Assembly: GCA_000996895.1 (NCBI GenBank)
Contig: LCBB01000003.1
Coordinates: 3,659-67,658, forward strand
Length of the DNA: 64,000 nt
Direction: 5' to 3'
Source: a candidate division WWE3 bacterium GW2011_GWC2_41_23
GTDB taxonomy: Bacteria > Patescibacteriota > WWE3 > UBA101185 > UBA10185
Shown here: piece after piece, positions 27,570-37,470 of the stretch
Layout: every line of letters begins with the position of its first letter
Position numbering within the stretch: the first letter of the stretch is position 1
Translations under genes and position numbers: made by a program
Notes under the pieces: model-generated
Databases searched by the model: none
What the model was told of the DNA's origin: nothing
What the model saw: the letters and a program-made list of their open reading frames with translations, nothing else

Positions 27570-28583
27570 ATGCTGGCTCCGATTATAAGAAAAATAATAC
27601 AAAATAAAACAGTTATGGTGGAGAGGTATTTACCTAGTAAGGGTAATTTATTTGTTCAAAAGGGAGACAGGTTAGAACCTTTTCAAAAACTGGGGGATTG
27701 TATGCACTCTCCGAGTAGTGTTTACTTCCCGAAAGAATTCGAACCGGTAAAATTTTTACGCGAAAAAGTTTACTTTCAAAAAGGTAACCTACTTGGAAAG
27801 CTGGGGGCAAAAAAAATCACGGCAGAAGAAAACGGTTATATGAGTTTCGACGATGCCTCCGGAGAATACTTTTTCGAAGACATGCCCGTAAAATTTACTC
27901 TGCTTTCAGGTCTCTGGGGAGAAGTTAGTGACATCGTTCCCGAGAGCTCTGTTTTGATTAAAACCACTGTAGCCGAGGTTGATCTCGTGGCGTGTACACC
28001 TAATTTCTCATTCGGGGAACTGGTAGTTTTTCCAAATCCTACTGAGATACTGGAGAAGTTTTACCTGGAAAGTTTTGTAAAGTCCACCGAAGGTAAAATT
28101 GTATACGTCGGCCATTACGCCGATTTGGACACGATAAAGAAAGCACATGACCTCAAAATATCAGCCATAGTTGCCGGAAGTGCGGACCCGGTAGGATTTT
28201 CTTACGCAAAATCGGCTAATATCGGGCTTGGCGTGCTTTCGGGCTTCGGTAAACTGGAAACTCCCGATTTTGTTTATAAGTTGTTTAATTCCGTGGCTTA
28301 CAGGCACGTGTTTTTCCATGGGGATTTGGGCGTTTTGCGTATTCCGATGTCCGGCACTGAAGAAGAAACTGCCCCCTCAAAAAAGAAAAAAACCGCGCTT
28401 AAGGTTATGCGCAAGGTTATAAAGAAAGTGATGAGGGGACAAAAAGTACAGGTATTGCAGAAACCGCATTTCGGTAAAATCGGGATAATTGACAGAGTTT
28501 CAGTATCTAGTATATTTGTAAGGTTCGATAATGAGCTAGGTCCCGTAGAAATTGACCTACCGAATTTTTTCATCATCGAATAG
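27570..28583 (+). CDS. hypothetical protein (337 aa)
   Basis: ORF only. Confidence 0.45.
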   Translation: MLAPIIRKIIQNKTVMVERYLPSKGNLFVQKGDRLEPFQKLGDCMHSPSSVYFPKEFEPVKFLREKVYFQKGNLLGKLGAKKITAEENGYMSFDDASGEYFFEDMPVKFTLLSGLWGEVSDIVPESSVLIKTTVAEVDLVACTPNFSFGELVVFPNPTEILEKFYLESFVKSTEGKIVYVGHYADLDTIKKAHDLKISAIVAGSADPVGFSYAKSANIGLGVLSGFGKLETPDFVYKLFNSVAYRHVFFHGDLGVLRIPMSGTEEETAPSKKKKTALKVMRKVIKKVMRGQKVQVLQKPHFGKIGIIDRVSVSSIFVRFDNELGPVEIDLPNFFIIE

Positions 28584-28593
28584 AAAAAAATTA

Positions 28594-29811
28594 ATGAGTA
28601 CTTTCGAGAAATTTCAGCGATTTTTAATTACTGTCCTTATAGCCGTGGGTTTTTTTTACGGAGGTTACTATTTTGGTAAGAGCGGTTATATATTCGAAGT
28701 ACGTAAGAATCCACCGAAAATCGAAATCAAAAATCAATATCCCGGAAATAAAGAGGTGGATTTTTCTCTTTTTTGGGAAGTATGGGATATCGTAAGCAAA
28801 GATTACCTTGAGAGGCCGGTTGATGCCCAGAAAATGCTTTACGGTGCTATTCAAGGGATGGTCTCATCTTTGGATGACCCCTACACTTCATTCCTTCCTC
28901 CCGCAATTAATAAAAACCTTAATGAACAATTGGACGGAAAGTACCAGGGCATTGGAGCGGAATTGGGGCAGAAAGACAACCAGCTGATAATTGTCTCTCC
29001 TTTGGACGGATCTCCTGCTAAAGCGGCAGGTTTATTGCCCGGAGATAAAATATTACTTATTGAAGACGAATCCACGATGGGAATGAGTATCACGGAAGCA
29101 GTCGCAAAGATCAGAGGAGACGCCGGAACAGAAGTGAAATTAACAATTCAGACGGAGAACAACGAACCTCGGGAAATTGCACTTCGTAGGGATGTTATTA
29201 AAATCTCAAGTGTGAGCTGGAAGGACATGGGCGAAGGAACAGCTTATATCAGAATCAGCAGATTCGGTGGAGAAACCAACAAGGAATGGGACACCGCGGT
29301 CAATGAAATTGCCATGGGTATGAGGGAACTGGATTCTATAATAATCGACGTGAGAGGCAATCCCGGAGGCTACTTGCTGTCTGCTTCCCATATTTCCAGT
29401 GAATTCTTCGGAGGAAAGCCTGTGTTGTATCAAGAGGATGCTACCGGAAATCAAACCCCGTTGAACTCTGATGCTGCCGGAAGTTTCAAAGATGTGCCCA
29501 GGGTTTATGTACTAATCGACGGAGGCAGTGCTTCAGCTTCGGAGATTTTGGCGGCAGCTTTGAAATCTCAGATAAACGCAAAACTCATCGGAACAAAGTC
29601 TTTCGGAAAAGGTACCATTCAGGACGCTAGGGATTTCAAGGACGGCTCGGGTGTGCATATAACAATCGCCAAATGGCTCACTCCCGACAAGGTGTGGGTT
29701 CACAAGGTCGGTATAGAGCCTGACGTGGTCGTGGAAGTGACAGAACAGGACATTAAGGACTTAAAAGACCCTCAGCTAGACGCCGCTGTTGAGTTGGCTA
29801 AAGAGCTGTAG
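28594..29811 (+). CDS. ctpA: carboxyl-terminal processing protease (S41 family, PDZ domain)
   Basis: PDZ segment GLLPGDKIL; DVRGNPGGYL; SASASEILAAAL. Confidence 0.85.
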   Translation: MSTFEKFQRFLITVLIAVGFFYGGYYFGKSGYIFEVRKNPPKIEIKNQYPGNKEVDFSLFWEVWDIVSKDYLERPVDAQKMLYGAIQGMVSSLDDPYTSFLPPAINKNLNEQLDGKYQGIGAELGQKDNQLIIVSPLDGSPAKAAGLLPGDKILLIEDESTMGMSITEAVAKIRGDAGTEVKLTIQTENNEPREIALRRDVIKISSVSWKDMGEGTAYIRISRFGGETNKEWDTAVNEIAMGMRELDSIIIDVRGNPGGYLLSASHISSEFFGGKPVLYQEDATGNQTPLNSDAAGSFKDVPRVYVLIDGGSASASEILAAALKSQINAKLIGTKSFGKGTIQDARDFKDGSGVHITIAKWLTPDKVWVHKVGIEPDVVVEVTEQDIKDLKDPQLDAAVELAKEL

Positions 29812-29841
29812 TAAAATTCTGAACCAGCAGGAGGAATTGTT

Positions 29842-31020
29842 ATGAAAAAAACTTCAAGAACAATAACCGGAATTGCCTGGCTTATTTTTTTCGTTTCCAT
29901 ACTTTTAGTGCTCGACATCAGATTTAACGGGGAAAACTCGTTGGTAAGTAGGGCAGGGACATCTGATTCCGGTTGGTTTTCAGGATTTGCCGAAAAAATA
30001 TCCAGTATATTTAAAAAAGACAGTTCTCAGTACTCTTCTTCCAAAGTTGTTACACGCCAGCAGGTAGTGAACGAGGAATCCACTGTAATTGACGCTGTAG
30101 ATAAGGTGTCGCCTGCTGTTGTTTCCATAGTCGTTAAAACAGTAAACTTTGACTATTTCAGCGGACCTACCACAAGTGATCAGGGCATAGGAACCGGCTT
30201 TATTGTAGACAAAAACGGATTGATTATTACCAACAGTCACGTAGTCGATGACCCCGTCGGTGAGTACACGGTTGTGACCAAAGATGGTAAGACTTACGAA
30301 GTAAACAAAATATATTTGGACGAAAGTTCGGATCTTGCAATCATCGAAATTACGGCGCGCGATTTACCTGTCGTGGAGTTTGCAGATTCGGACAACACTA
30401 AGGTAGGACAAATGGCAATTGCCATAGGAAATGCACTCGGCAGGTTCCAAAACACGGTTACCGTGGGTGTCGTTTCAGGTATTTCAAGACAGCTCCAGGC
30501 TACCGGAGGGTTCGGCGGGGTTAAAACCTATGAGAACGTTATCCAAACAGATGCGGCTTTAAACCCGGGAAATTCAGGGGGTCCTTTGGTAAACTCTTCC
30601 GGCCAGGTCATCGGGATAAATGTCGCTACCTCGATCGGAGCTGACAATATAAGTTTTGCTATTCCTGTTAACACTTTAATTCCTATTCTTGACGGATTTC
30701 TTAAGGAGGGCCGTATCATTAGACCCTATCTTGGAGTTACTTACACCATGGTCACCCCCGAGATATCGGAATTACGAGATATGCCGGTCGGCGCGTTCAT
30801 TTCAAGAGTTAGCCCGGAATCTCCTGCCAGTAAAGCAGGGTTACTAAGGGGCGATATTATTACAAAAATAAATGAGACTACTATGGACGGAGAAAATTCT
30901 TTATCCCAGGTTATTGCCAAGGCAAAAGTTGGGGATAAGTTAAAACTGTACGTCGATAGGGAAGGGAAGGAAGAAATATTTACGGCGGAAGTAGAAGCAG
31001 CTCCGGAAAATTTGAAGTAA
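29842..31020 (+). CDS. htrA: HtrA/DegP-family serine protease with PDZ domain
   Basis: TNSHVV, GNSGGPLVNSSGQVIGIN, C-terminal PDZ. Confidence 0.85.
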   Translation: MKKTSRTITGIAWLIFFVSILLVLDIRFNGENSLVSRAGTSDSGWFSGFAEKISSIFKKDSSQYSSSKVVTRQQVVNEESTVIDAVDKVSPAVVSIVVKTVNFDYFSGPTTSDQGIGTGFIVDKNGLIITNSHVVDDPVGEYTVVTKDGKTYEVNKIYLDESSDLAIIEITARDLPVVEFADSDNTKVGQMAIAIGNALGRFQNTVTVGVVSGISRQLQATGGFGGVKTYENVIQTDAALNPGNSGGPLVNSSGQVIGINVATSIGADNISFAIPVNTLIPILDGFLKEGRIIRPYLGVTYTMVTPEISELRDMPVGAFISRVSPESPASKAGLLRGDIITKINETTMDGENSLSQVIAKAKVGDKLKLYVDREGKEEIFTAEVEAAPENLK

Positions 31021-31050
31021 GAAATTACTTAAGTTCGCTGGGCACTGTAA

Positions 31051-31992
31051 TCAGGTCCGCAGGTTCTCTTTTTCCAGATAGCTTAGAATATCCTCTATAT
31101 CCCCGTCCATTATCATGCCGATGTTGTGCCATGACTTATTAGCGCGGTGATCTGTAACTCTGCTTTGCGGATAGTTGTATGTACGGATTTTTTCATTTCT
31201 CATGCCTGCCCCCACCTGACCTGCCCTTAGGTCCGAGATGCTTTTAACCTGTTGTTCCTGCATTTCGGTGTAGATTCTGGAGTACAGAATATCGAGTGCT
31301 TTTGACCTGTTTTTACCTTGTGAGCGCTCTTCCTGACATTCGACAATTATGCCGGTGGGTTTGTGAATAAGACGCACGGCTGTGGAGACTTTATTTACAT
31401 TCTGGCCGCCGCTTCCCCCGGAGCGGAAAAACTCCCATACAAGATCGTCGGGGTGTATTTCAATTTCTACTTTTTGGAGTTTAGGTAATACGGCAACGGT
31501 AGCAGTTGAGGTGTGAATACGTCCTCCCGATTCGGTGGAAGGAACTCTTTGTACCCGGTGAACCCCCGACTCATTTTTTAGCAGTCCGTAGGCGTTAGTG
31601 CCTTTGACCTCTACGGAGATTGTCTTTATGCCCCCGATTTCATTTTCCGAACGGAATACCTCGGTAATTTTCCAGTTCTTTTTTTCGGCAAAGCGCTCGT
31701 ACATTCTAAAAAGGTCGTATGCAAATAACCCCGCCTCGTTCCCTCCCGTACCCGATCTTATCTCCAGTGTGGCGACGTTTGGGTTTATATTACCGGTAGT
31801 TTCTTCCTGCGCATCTTCTGCCACCTCTTTAGGAGATTCGAGCTGACTTTTTTGTTCTTTAAGTTTAGAAATCTCTTCTTCTATGAGCTGCAGCATTCCT
31901 TCGTCGGCGCCTTCTCTCATATCTTCATGTTCCTTTATGAGGCTGTTTATCTTTTCGGCTTCTTTTTTTACGTAGTCGTTGTAGTAATCCAT
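31051..31992 (-). CDS. prfA: peptide chain release factor 1
   Basis: GGQ motif ([12 protein letters not shown]) and PST tripeptide ([15 protein letters not shown]) indicate RF1 rather than RF2. Start taken at the internal ATG (MDYYNDY). Confidence 0.85.
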   Translation of the reverse strand: MDYYNDYVKKEAEKINSLIKEHEDMREGADEGMLQLIEEEISKLKEQKSQLESPKEVAEDAQEETTGNINPNVATLEIRSGTGGNEAGLFAYDLFRMYERFAEKKNWKITEVFRSENEIGGIKTISVEVKGTNAYGLLKNESGVHRVQRVPSTESGGRIHTSTATVAVLPKLQKVEIEIHPDDLVWEFFRSGGSGGQNVNKVSTAVRLIHKPTGIIVECQEERSQGKNRSKALDILYSRIYTEMQEQQVKSISDLRAGQVGAGMRNEKIRTYNYPQSRVTDHRANKSWHNIGMIMDGDIEDILSYLEKENLRT

Positions 31993-32110
31993 ATCACCTT
32001 TATTATTCCAGAGAATGGGCGATTGTTGAAGAGCCGCGGTGTCCGGAATCAATTACACTTACAGAAGTATTATGGTCGTTGTCGTTGGAAATTGTGCTAT
32101 TTTTGGTAAT

Positions 32111-32434
32111 CTACTGACCTTCTTTTTTGATGTGCTCAAGCATTTCTTTTACACTCATATCTTTTGAACCGGAGAATTTCTTCTGTACCTTTTTGGAGGT
32201 CTTTATTTTATCGGCAGCTTTCTTTTTTTCATCCGCCAAAATCATTTTTCTGTTGAATTTGTCAATTCTCTTCTCGGTGTCTACAAATCTTCTCTGACCT
32301 GTGTAAAAAGGGTGGCAGGCGCCACAAATCTCCACGGAGATGGAAGGTAGGGTAGAAATGGTCGTAAAAGTGTTACCGCAGGCGCAGGTTACGAGACACT
32401 CTTTATTAACTTTTGGGTGTATTCCCTTTTTCAT
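32111..32434 (-). CDS. rpmE: 50S ribosomal protein L31 with Lys-rich C-terminal extension
   Basis: MKKGIHPK...CACGN...[27 protein letters not shown]. Confidence 0.85.
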   Translation of the reverse strand: MKKGIHPKVNKECLVTCACGNTFTTISTLPSISVEICGACHPFYTGQRRFVDTEKRIDKFNRKMILADEKKKAADKIKTSKKVQKKFSGSKDMSVKEMLEHIKKEGQ

Positions 32435-32486
32435 AGCGGTAACGAGTATATCAATATTTTTAAACGAGTACAAGCCCGGGCGCTTT

Positions 32487-33503
32487 CTAGAGCCCGGAAC
32501 TATTATTTTTTTCGGCAATTACAACCCCGGCGGCTATAAAAGCTGTCCCTATAAGCATTAAGGTGTTGGGCAGCTCACCTAAAATAAGATATGCGAAGGG
32601 TAGGGTAAAAACCGGCGCCAGATAGCCGAAAATGGCAAAATCGGAGACTTTTGCATTCTCCAAGCCCCATTCATTAAGCCAGTACGCCACTATGGATGAA
32701 AACAGGGCCATATAAAGGAGACCGAGCACGCCTTTTATGTCGATACTGAGAATGTCAAAGTTACTCTCGCCGGCTAAGCCTAGATTTTCAAATACTGCGA
32801 GCGGAATCAATGTTATTAAGCCCACATAAAAAGAAGTAAGCACGATGGTTCCTGCCGAGTATTTTCTGGTCATAGGTTTTATTTTGATAAAACTTAAGGT
32901 TTTTTTCAGGCTGTGTGACTTTCCGCCCATGCTGAATTTTGCCCATATTACATAAACTACCCACGTCATTGCGTAAAAAAGACCCAAAACGTTACCCAGA
33001 ATTCTTTCAGCTGCCCGGCCGCCCCCGTCATTTCCCCAAAGAATAGGTTCAAGAACAATCAAAATAGTCCCCAGACTGGCGAGGACAACCCCGGCGGTTA
33101 TACCCTTATTAATTTTGTCGTGATAAAAGTAATGACCAGCATACACGGTCAAAACGGAAGCCATGACTCCGATAATCGTGTAGTCCAAAGCTGAGGTAAA
33201 CTTTAACGCTACGAACGGAAGTATAAGGGATGTTTGTGAAAAAAGCCCCAGCAGAAAAAAATTTAGATAATCGGACTTGTGAATAGGCTCCTTTTTAAGT
33301 TGAAGTGCTACCAAAGGTAGAACTACCAGGCACACTATCATAAATCTTAAGTACAGAAACGTAAAAGGAGGGATATAGCCAAGCGTGTATTTAATAACGG
33401 CAGTAGCGGCGCCCCAAATAATATTTGCCCCAAGAAAGGCAACTTGCACAGCCATAAAGTTATCGGGTATTGATTTGGGCAGAGGTCTATTGGGCATATA
33501 CAT
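32487..33503 (-). CDS. EamA/DMT-superfamily transporter (10 TM)
   Basis: Two-repeat hydrophobic architecture typical of EamA. Confidence 0.6.
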   Translation of the reverse strand: MYMPNRPLPKSIPDNFMAVQVAFLGANIIWGAATAVIKYTLGYIPPFTFLYLRFMIVCLVVLPLVALQLKKEPIHKSDYLNFFLLGLFSQTSLILPFVALKFTSALDYTIIGVMASVLTVYAGHYFYHDKINKGITAGVVLASLGTILIVLEPILWGNDGGGRAAERILGNVLGLFYAMTWVVYVIWAKFSMGGKSHSLKKTLSFIKIKPMTRKYSAGTIVLTSFYVGLITLIPLAVFENLGLAGESNFDILSIDIKGVLGLLYMALFSSIVAYWLNEWGLENAKVSDFAIFGYLAPVFTLPFAYLILGELPNTLMLIGTAFIAAGVVIAEKNNSSGL

Positions 33504-33620
33504 AAAAGATTATATGATACTTTCCCGTATAACAGAACACCCGTATTTTGGGGAATTTGCCGCAGTAAAAGGAAAGTCTGTGCCTTTTCTTAAAATGATT
33601 TAATTGATATGATGTGAACT

Positions 33621-34271
33621 ATGGAAATTACGTATATCGGACACTCATGTTTCAAAATTAAGGGAAAAGATTTAACAATTGTTATAGATCCGTATGACCC
33701 GAAAATCGGATACAAATTACCTAAGATGGAAGCCGACCTTTTACTTACCACACACGATCATTTCGATCACCACAACATTGCCGGGGTTTCCGGATACAAG
33801 TTATTGATAGATGGCCCGGGGGAGTATGAGGTTAACGGGGCATTCGTATACGGAATTCCGACTTTTCACGACGATAAAAAGGGTGAAGAGAGGGGTACTC
33901 AAACTATGTATGTGATAGATATAGACGGTTTTACGCTAATGCACCTGGGAGATTTAGGACACGAACTCAACACCGATCTTCTGGAAAAAATCTCAAAGGT
34001 TGACGTGCTGATGATACCTATCGGGGGAGGCTTTACCATAAACGCAGAGAAGGCTTCGGAAGTCATTTCATCAATAGAACCGGGAATTGTTTTACCCATG
34101 CACTACAAGACCGATGATCTCGTCGGATTTGATGATTTGCAGGGGATAGACAAGTTCATGGACGAGATGGGAGTAGAGAATAATATTAAAAAAGAAGAAA
34201 AGCTGAAAATTGCTTCTGCAAGTGATATACCTGAAGATACCGAAGTGGTTATACTTAAACCTGCCCACTAA
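33621..34271 (+). CDS. metallo-beta-lactamase-fold hydrolase
   Basis: TTHDHFDHHN HxHxDH motif. Confidence 0.7.
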   Translation: MEITYIGHSCFKIKGKDLTIVIDPYDPKIGYKLPKMEADLLLTTHDHFDHHNIAGVSGYKLLIDGPGEYEVNGAFVYGIPTFHDDKKGEERGTQTMYVIDIDGFTLMHLGDLGHELNTDLLEKISKVDVLMIPIGGGFTINAEKASEVISSIEPGIVLPMHYKTDDLVGFDDLQGIDKFMDEMGVENNIKKEEKLKIASASDIPEDTEVVILKPAH

Positions 34272-34276
34272 ATAAA

Positions 34277-35638
34277 ATGTCCGCCAAAAGAACGAATGAA
34301 CATAGAGATAGAGCGCACACGGCGCAGCAGAGCGTGCACGTACCTCCGCACGACGAACAGGCCGAGAAATCGGTACTTGGGGCTCTTTTATTGGATAAGG
34401 ACGCCATAGTTAAGGTAGTTGAATTTTTAAGACCCCATCATTTTTACCGTGAAAATCACCAAAATGTTTATGAAGCTATACTTACGCTTTTTGAAAAAAG
34501 AGAACCCGCAGACCTGATCACAGTGCCCAGCGAACTTAAGAGGAAAAATCTTCTTACACAAGTGGGAGGAGTCTCCTATTTAACAGAGCTTGTAAACTCA
34601 GTTCCCACCGCTGCCAACATCGAGGCATACGCAAAACTTATAAAAAATGACTATATCAAGAGAGCGTTGATTTCAGCGTCCGCTGAAATCGGAGAATTAG
34701 CTTTTGACGAAGGCGAGGTAGCGGAGGTTTTAGACAGAGCTGAGCAATTGGTTTACTCAGTTTCCCAAGACGCGATGTATCAAGACTTTGTACCTCTTAA
34801 AGATACCCTGGAGATTACATTTGAAAGACTTGATGAGCTGAGCAAAAATAGGGGAGCACTCAGAGGTGTGCCTACCGGGCTTAAGAGTTTGGATAGATTG
34901 TTGTCAGGTCTGCAAAAAGAAAACTTGATAATTTTGGCCGCAAGGCCTTCGGTCGGTAAAACATCACTCGCCTTGAATATCGCACAATACGCCGCAGTAG
35001 AAAAAAAGGCCGGGATTGGAATTTTTTCTTTGGAAATGGGCAGGGAAATGCTTGTGGACAGGATGATATCAGCCCAGGCAGGCATAGATAACTGGAAAAT
35101 CGCGACGGGTAATCTTGACGACGAGGATTTTGAAAAATATGGTGTAGCGGCAGGAGAACTAGCCGAGGCCAGCATATTTGTCGACGACACGGCAGGAATA
35201 GGACTACTCGAAATGCGCACGAAGGCCAGAAGACTTATGCTGGAGCAGAAAATTGATTTGATAATAGTTGACTACCTGCAACTTATTAGAGCGCCTAAGG
35301 CAGAAAGTAGAGTGCAGGAAGTATCCGAGATTTCACAGGGTTTAAAGAATCTTGCACGTGAGCTGAAAGTTCCCGTACTGGCACTTTCCCAGCTATCGAG
35401 AGCAGTGGAGCAGAGAGGTGGAGATAAAAAACCACAGCTATCCGACCTCCGCGATTCAGGTTCCATTGAGCAGGACGCCGACGTTGTCATGTTTTTATAC
35501 AGGCCGAACGAGGAAGACAGAACGAATTTGAAACTAAATGTGGCTAAGCACAGAAATGGTGCCACCGGAGAGTACGATATGTTCTTTAAATCTGAATTTA
35601 CGAAGTTCTTCGAGGTCGAATCTCACACTCAGGATTAA
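34277..35638 (+). CDS. dnaB: replicative DNA helicase DnaB
   Basis: AEKSVLGALLLD N-terminal domain, ARPSVGKTSLALNIA Walker A, Walker B, LSQLSR. Confidence 0.9.
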   Translation: MSAKRTNEHRDRAHTAQQSVHVPPHDEQAEKSVLGALLLDKDAIVKVVEFLRPHHFYRENHQNVYEAILTLFEKREPADLITVPSELKRKNLLTQVGGVSYLTELVNSVPTAANIEAYAKLIKNDYIKRALISASAEIGELAFDEGEVAEVLDRAEQLVYSVSQDAMYQDFVPLKDTLEITFERLDELSKNRGALRGVPTGLKSLDRLLSGLQKENLIILAARPSVGKTSLALNIAQYAAVEKKAGIGIFSLEMGREMLVDRMISAQAGIDNWKIATGNLDDEDFEKYGVAAGELAEASIFVDDTAGIGLLEMRTKARRLMLEQKIDLIIVDYLQLIRAPKAESRVQEVSEISQGLKNLARELKVPVLALSQLSRAVEQRGGDKKPQLSDLRDSGSIEQDADVVMFLYRPNEEDRTNLKLNVAKHRNGATGEYDMFFKSEFTKFFEVESHTQD

Positions 35639-35683
35639 CTTCCATTTTTGTCTTCAAATTGTTAGAATTGAGCGGTTCAAGCG

Positions 35684-35778
35684 CCTTTGTTGTGGCGCGG
35701 AATAAGGGCTTACCTGCGGGAAGGTACACCTTTTGATGTTAGCCGATGTCTCTTGCCTCTAAGCCGTGGTGGCGGAAT
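35684..35778 (+). repeat. two tandem degenerate copies of the tRNA-Leu 5' end (gtggcg(c)ggaataag(g/a)gctt) upstream of the intact tRNA
   Basis: 35763-35778 is identical to the first 16 nt of tRNA-Leu (gccgtggtggcggaat). A more degenerate copy lies at about 35689-35710, with spacing of roughly one tRNA length. Confidence 0.65.
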
Positions 35779-35851
35779 AAGAGCTTGCTCGACGCAGTAG
35801 CGTCTGCGCTTCCTCATATTCCACTTGTCCGGCGCGATTGGTGAAACCCGG

Positions 35852-35938
35852 GCCGTGGTGGCGGAATGGTATACGCGGTGGTCTCAAAAACCACTGGGAT
35901 CTGATCCCGTGAGAGTTCGACTCTCTCCCACGGCACCA
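35852..35938 (+). tRNA. tRNA-Leu (anticodon CAA), long variable arm, CCA encoded
   Basis: GCCGTGG acceptor, anticodon stem GTGGT/ACCAC with loop CTCAAAA, a gggatctgatccc variable-arm hairpin, T-arm, then CCACGGC-A-CCA. Confidence 0.85.
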
Positions 35939-35966
35939 AAAATTATGAAACGGACAGCCTCTGCAG

Positions 35967-36458
35967 GTGATTAAATACGAGCACATAAAGGTCAGCCGGG
36001 GTAGTGCAAACGTCAAAGTCAGGGTCAAAAACCTTATCACCGGACAGGTTCTGGACAAAGGTTACATTGCTACGGCAAAAGTCGAGGATGCGGACGTTCA
36101 GACCAAAACTACCCAATATTTGTATAACGACGGGAGTTACATTTTTATGGATCCGGTAACTTTCGAGCAATTTAGTATCTCCGAAGATATTCTGGGTAAA
36201 GCCACAGATTTTTTAATAGAGGGCGAGAAGGCAATTGTTCAGTATTTCGACGGCCGACCAATCTCTGTAGATCTTCCGGCATCTCTCGTTTTCGAAGTTC
36301 AATATACAGAGCCCGGTTATAAGGGGAACACTGTGACTAATGTTCAAAAAGAGGCGACTCTTACAAACGGAACGGTGGTTAAAGTTCCCATATTTATAAA
36401 AATCGGGGATAAAATAAAGGTTGATACGCGTTCCGGAGAGTATATTTCTAAAGCCTAA
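35967..36458 (+). CDS. efp: elongation factor P (apparently lacking about 17 N-terminal residues; Arg-type KOW loop)
   Basis: IKYEHIKVSRGSANVKVRVKNLITG aligns to EF-P beta2-beta3. An in-frame stop at 35946 lies just after tRNA-Leu. Only GTG 35967 or non-canonical starts are available. Confidence 0.75.
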   Translation: MIKYEHIKVSRGSANVKVRVKNLITGQVLDKGYIATAKVEDADVQTKTTQYLYNDGSYIFMDPVTFEQFSISEDILGKATDFLIEGEKAIVQYFDGRPISVDLPASLVFEVQYTEPGYKGNTVTNVQKEATLTNGTVVKVPIFIKIGDKIKVDTRSGEYISKA

Positions 36459-36459
36459 T

Positions 36460-37464
36460 ATGCTGTTATCAGAAAATATTAATTTCGGCCTTGTGCGGGT
36501 TCCCACAATGTACCTTGTTCTGTCGATAGGTTTTGTATTTTGGATTTTTGTGATGTGGTACGAAGCCCGTAAAGACGGTTTTGACGACGAAAGATTTCTC
36601 GACCTTGTTGTTGTTTCCACACTGACCGCGGCTTTGTTTTATTATCTTTTCAGGCTGCTTTACACGTATATAAGTCTTTACAGGCCTAACAACCCGCTTT
36701 TATTAGTTAATTACGAGGTTATGGTAAGTTTTATTGCGCTCTTAGGTGCTTTCTTACCGCCGTTCTATTTTTCAAATAAAAGGCGCTGGTCTCTGTTTAG
36801 AATATTCGACATTTATTCCCTTGCTTTCGGATTTTTTCTTGTTTTTGTAAGCCTTGGAGGATATTTGATAACCGGTGAAATGAATCATTTATGGGTTGCT
36901 GCTTTGACGCTGGTCTTTTATCTGGGGGTGCTGAGATTTAGAGGATACAGATTTGTATCGGGGCTCGTTTTTTCCTTGTTTTCCTTTTACCTGGGTGTTG
37001 TAGTATTTGTATTTTTTAAATCCCCGGCTTATTTGCTCTTTTCGGGAGCATTGTTTATTATTGGTCTATCCAATTTGTATTACAGGAGTAAAAAATATAT
37101 GAACACAAGAAATTTACCAAAAGAATTTATAGAATTAATTAAGAAACAACTTGTCAGAAAAGAAAAAGAACTTCAGAAAGAGCAGGCAAGCCTTATCAAA
37201 GAAGATCCCTACCTCCAATCCGGAAGGACTGAATCAAATTCCGAGTATATGGACGAAGCTATCCTGGAGGATACTAGAAAATCCGTTGCCGACGCTCAGG
37301 CGAGTATCGTACAGACGATGCTGATAGAGGTAAAAAGAGCTTTGGCAGCAATAAAAATAGGCAAATACGGCATATGCCAGGTATGCGGCGAACCAATAGA
37401 CAAGGCCCGTCTCAGAGCATATCCGCAAGCTACCACTTGTCTAAAGCACGCCGACGGGGAGTAA
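36460..37464 (+). CDS. Lgt-like polytopic membrane domain fused to C-terminal DksA/TraR (YlyA-like) C4-type zinc finger
   Basis: The N-terminal 230 aa align loosely to prolipoprotein diacylglyceryl transferase (…KRRWSLFRIFDIYSLAFGFFLVFVSLGGYLITGE vs Lgt …[32 protein letters not shown]). C-terminus CQVCGEPIDKARLRAYPQATTCLKH is CxxC-x17-CxxH. Confidence 0.5.
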   Translation: MLLSENINFGLVRVPTMYLVLSIGFVFWIFVMWYEARKDGFDDERFLDLVVVSTLTAALFYYLFRLLYTYISLYRPNNPLLLVNYEVMVSFIALLGAFLPPFYFSNKRRWSLFRIFDIYSLAFGFFLVFVSLGGYLITGEMNHLWVAALTLVFYLGVLRFRGYRFVSGLVFSLFSFYLGVVVFVFFKSPAYLLFSGALFIIGLSNLYYRSKKYMNTRNLPKEFIELIKKQLVRKEKELQKEQASLIKEDPYLQSGRTESNSEYMDEAILEDTRKSVADAQASIVQTMLIEVKRALAAIKIGKYGICQVCGEPIDKARLRAYPQATTCLKHADGE

Positions 37465-37470
37465 CTTTCC

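Noticed and set aside
35759-36170. Minus-strand ORFs 35759..36058 and 35943..36170 spanning tRNA-Leu and the efp start
   Set aside because: They overlap a confidently folded tRNA and the efp coding region, so they are spurious.
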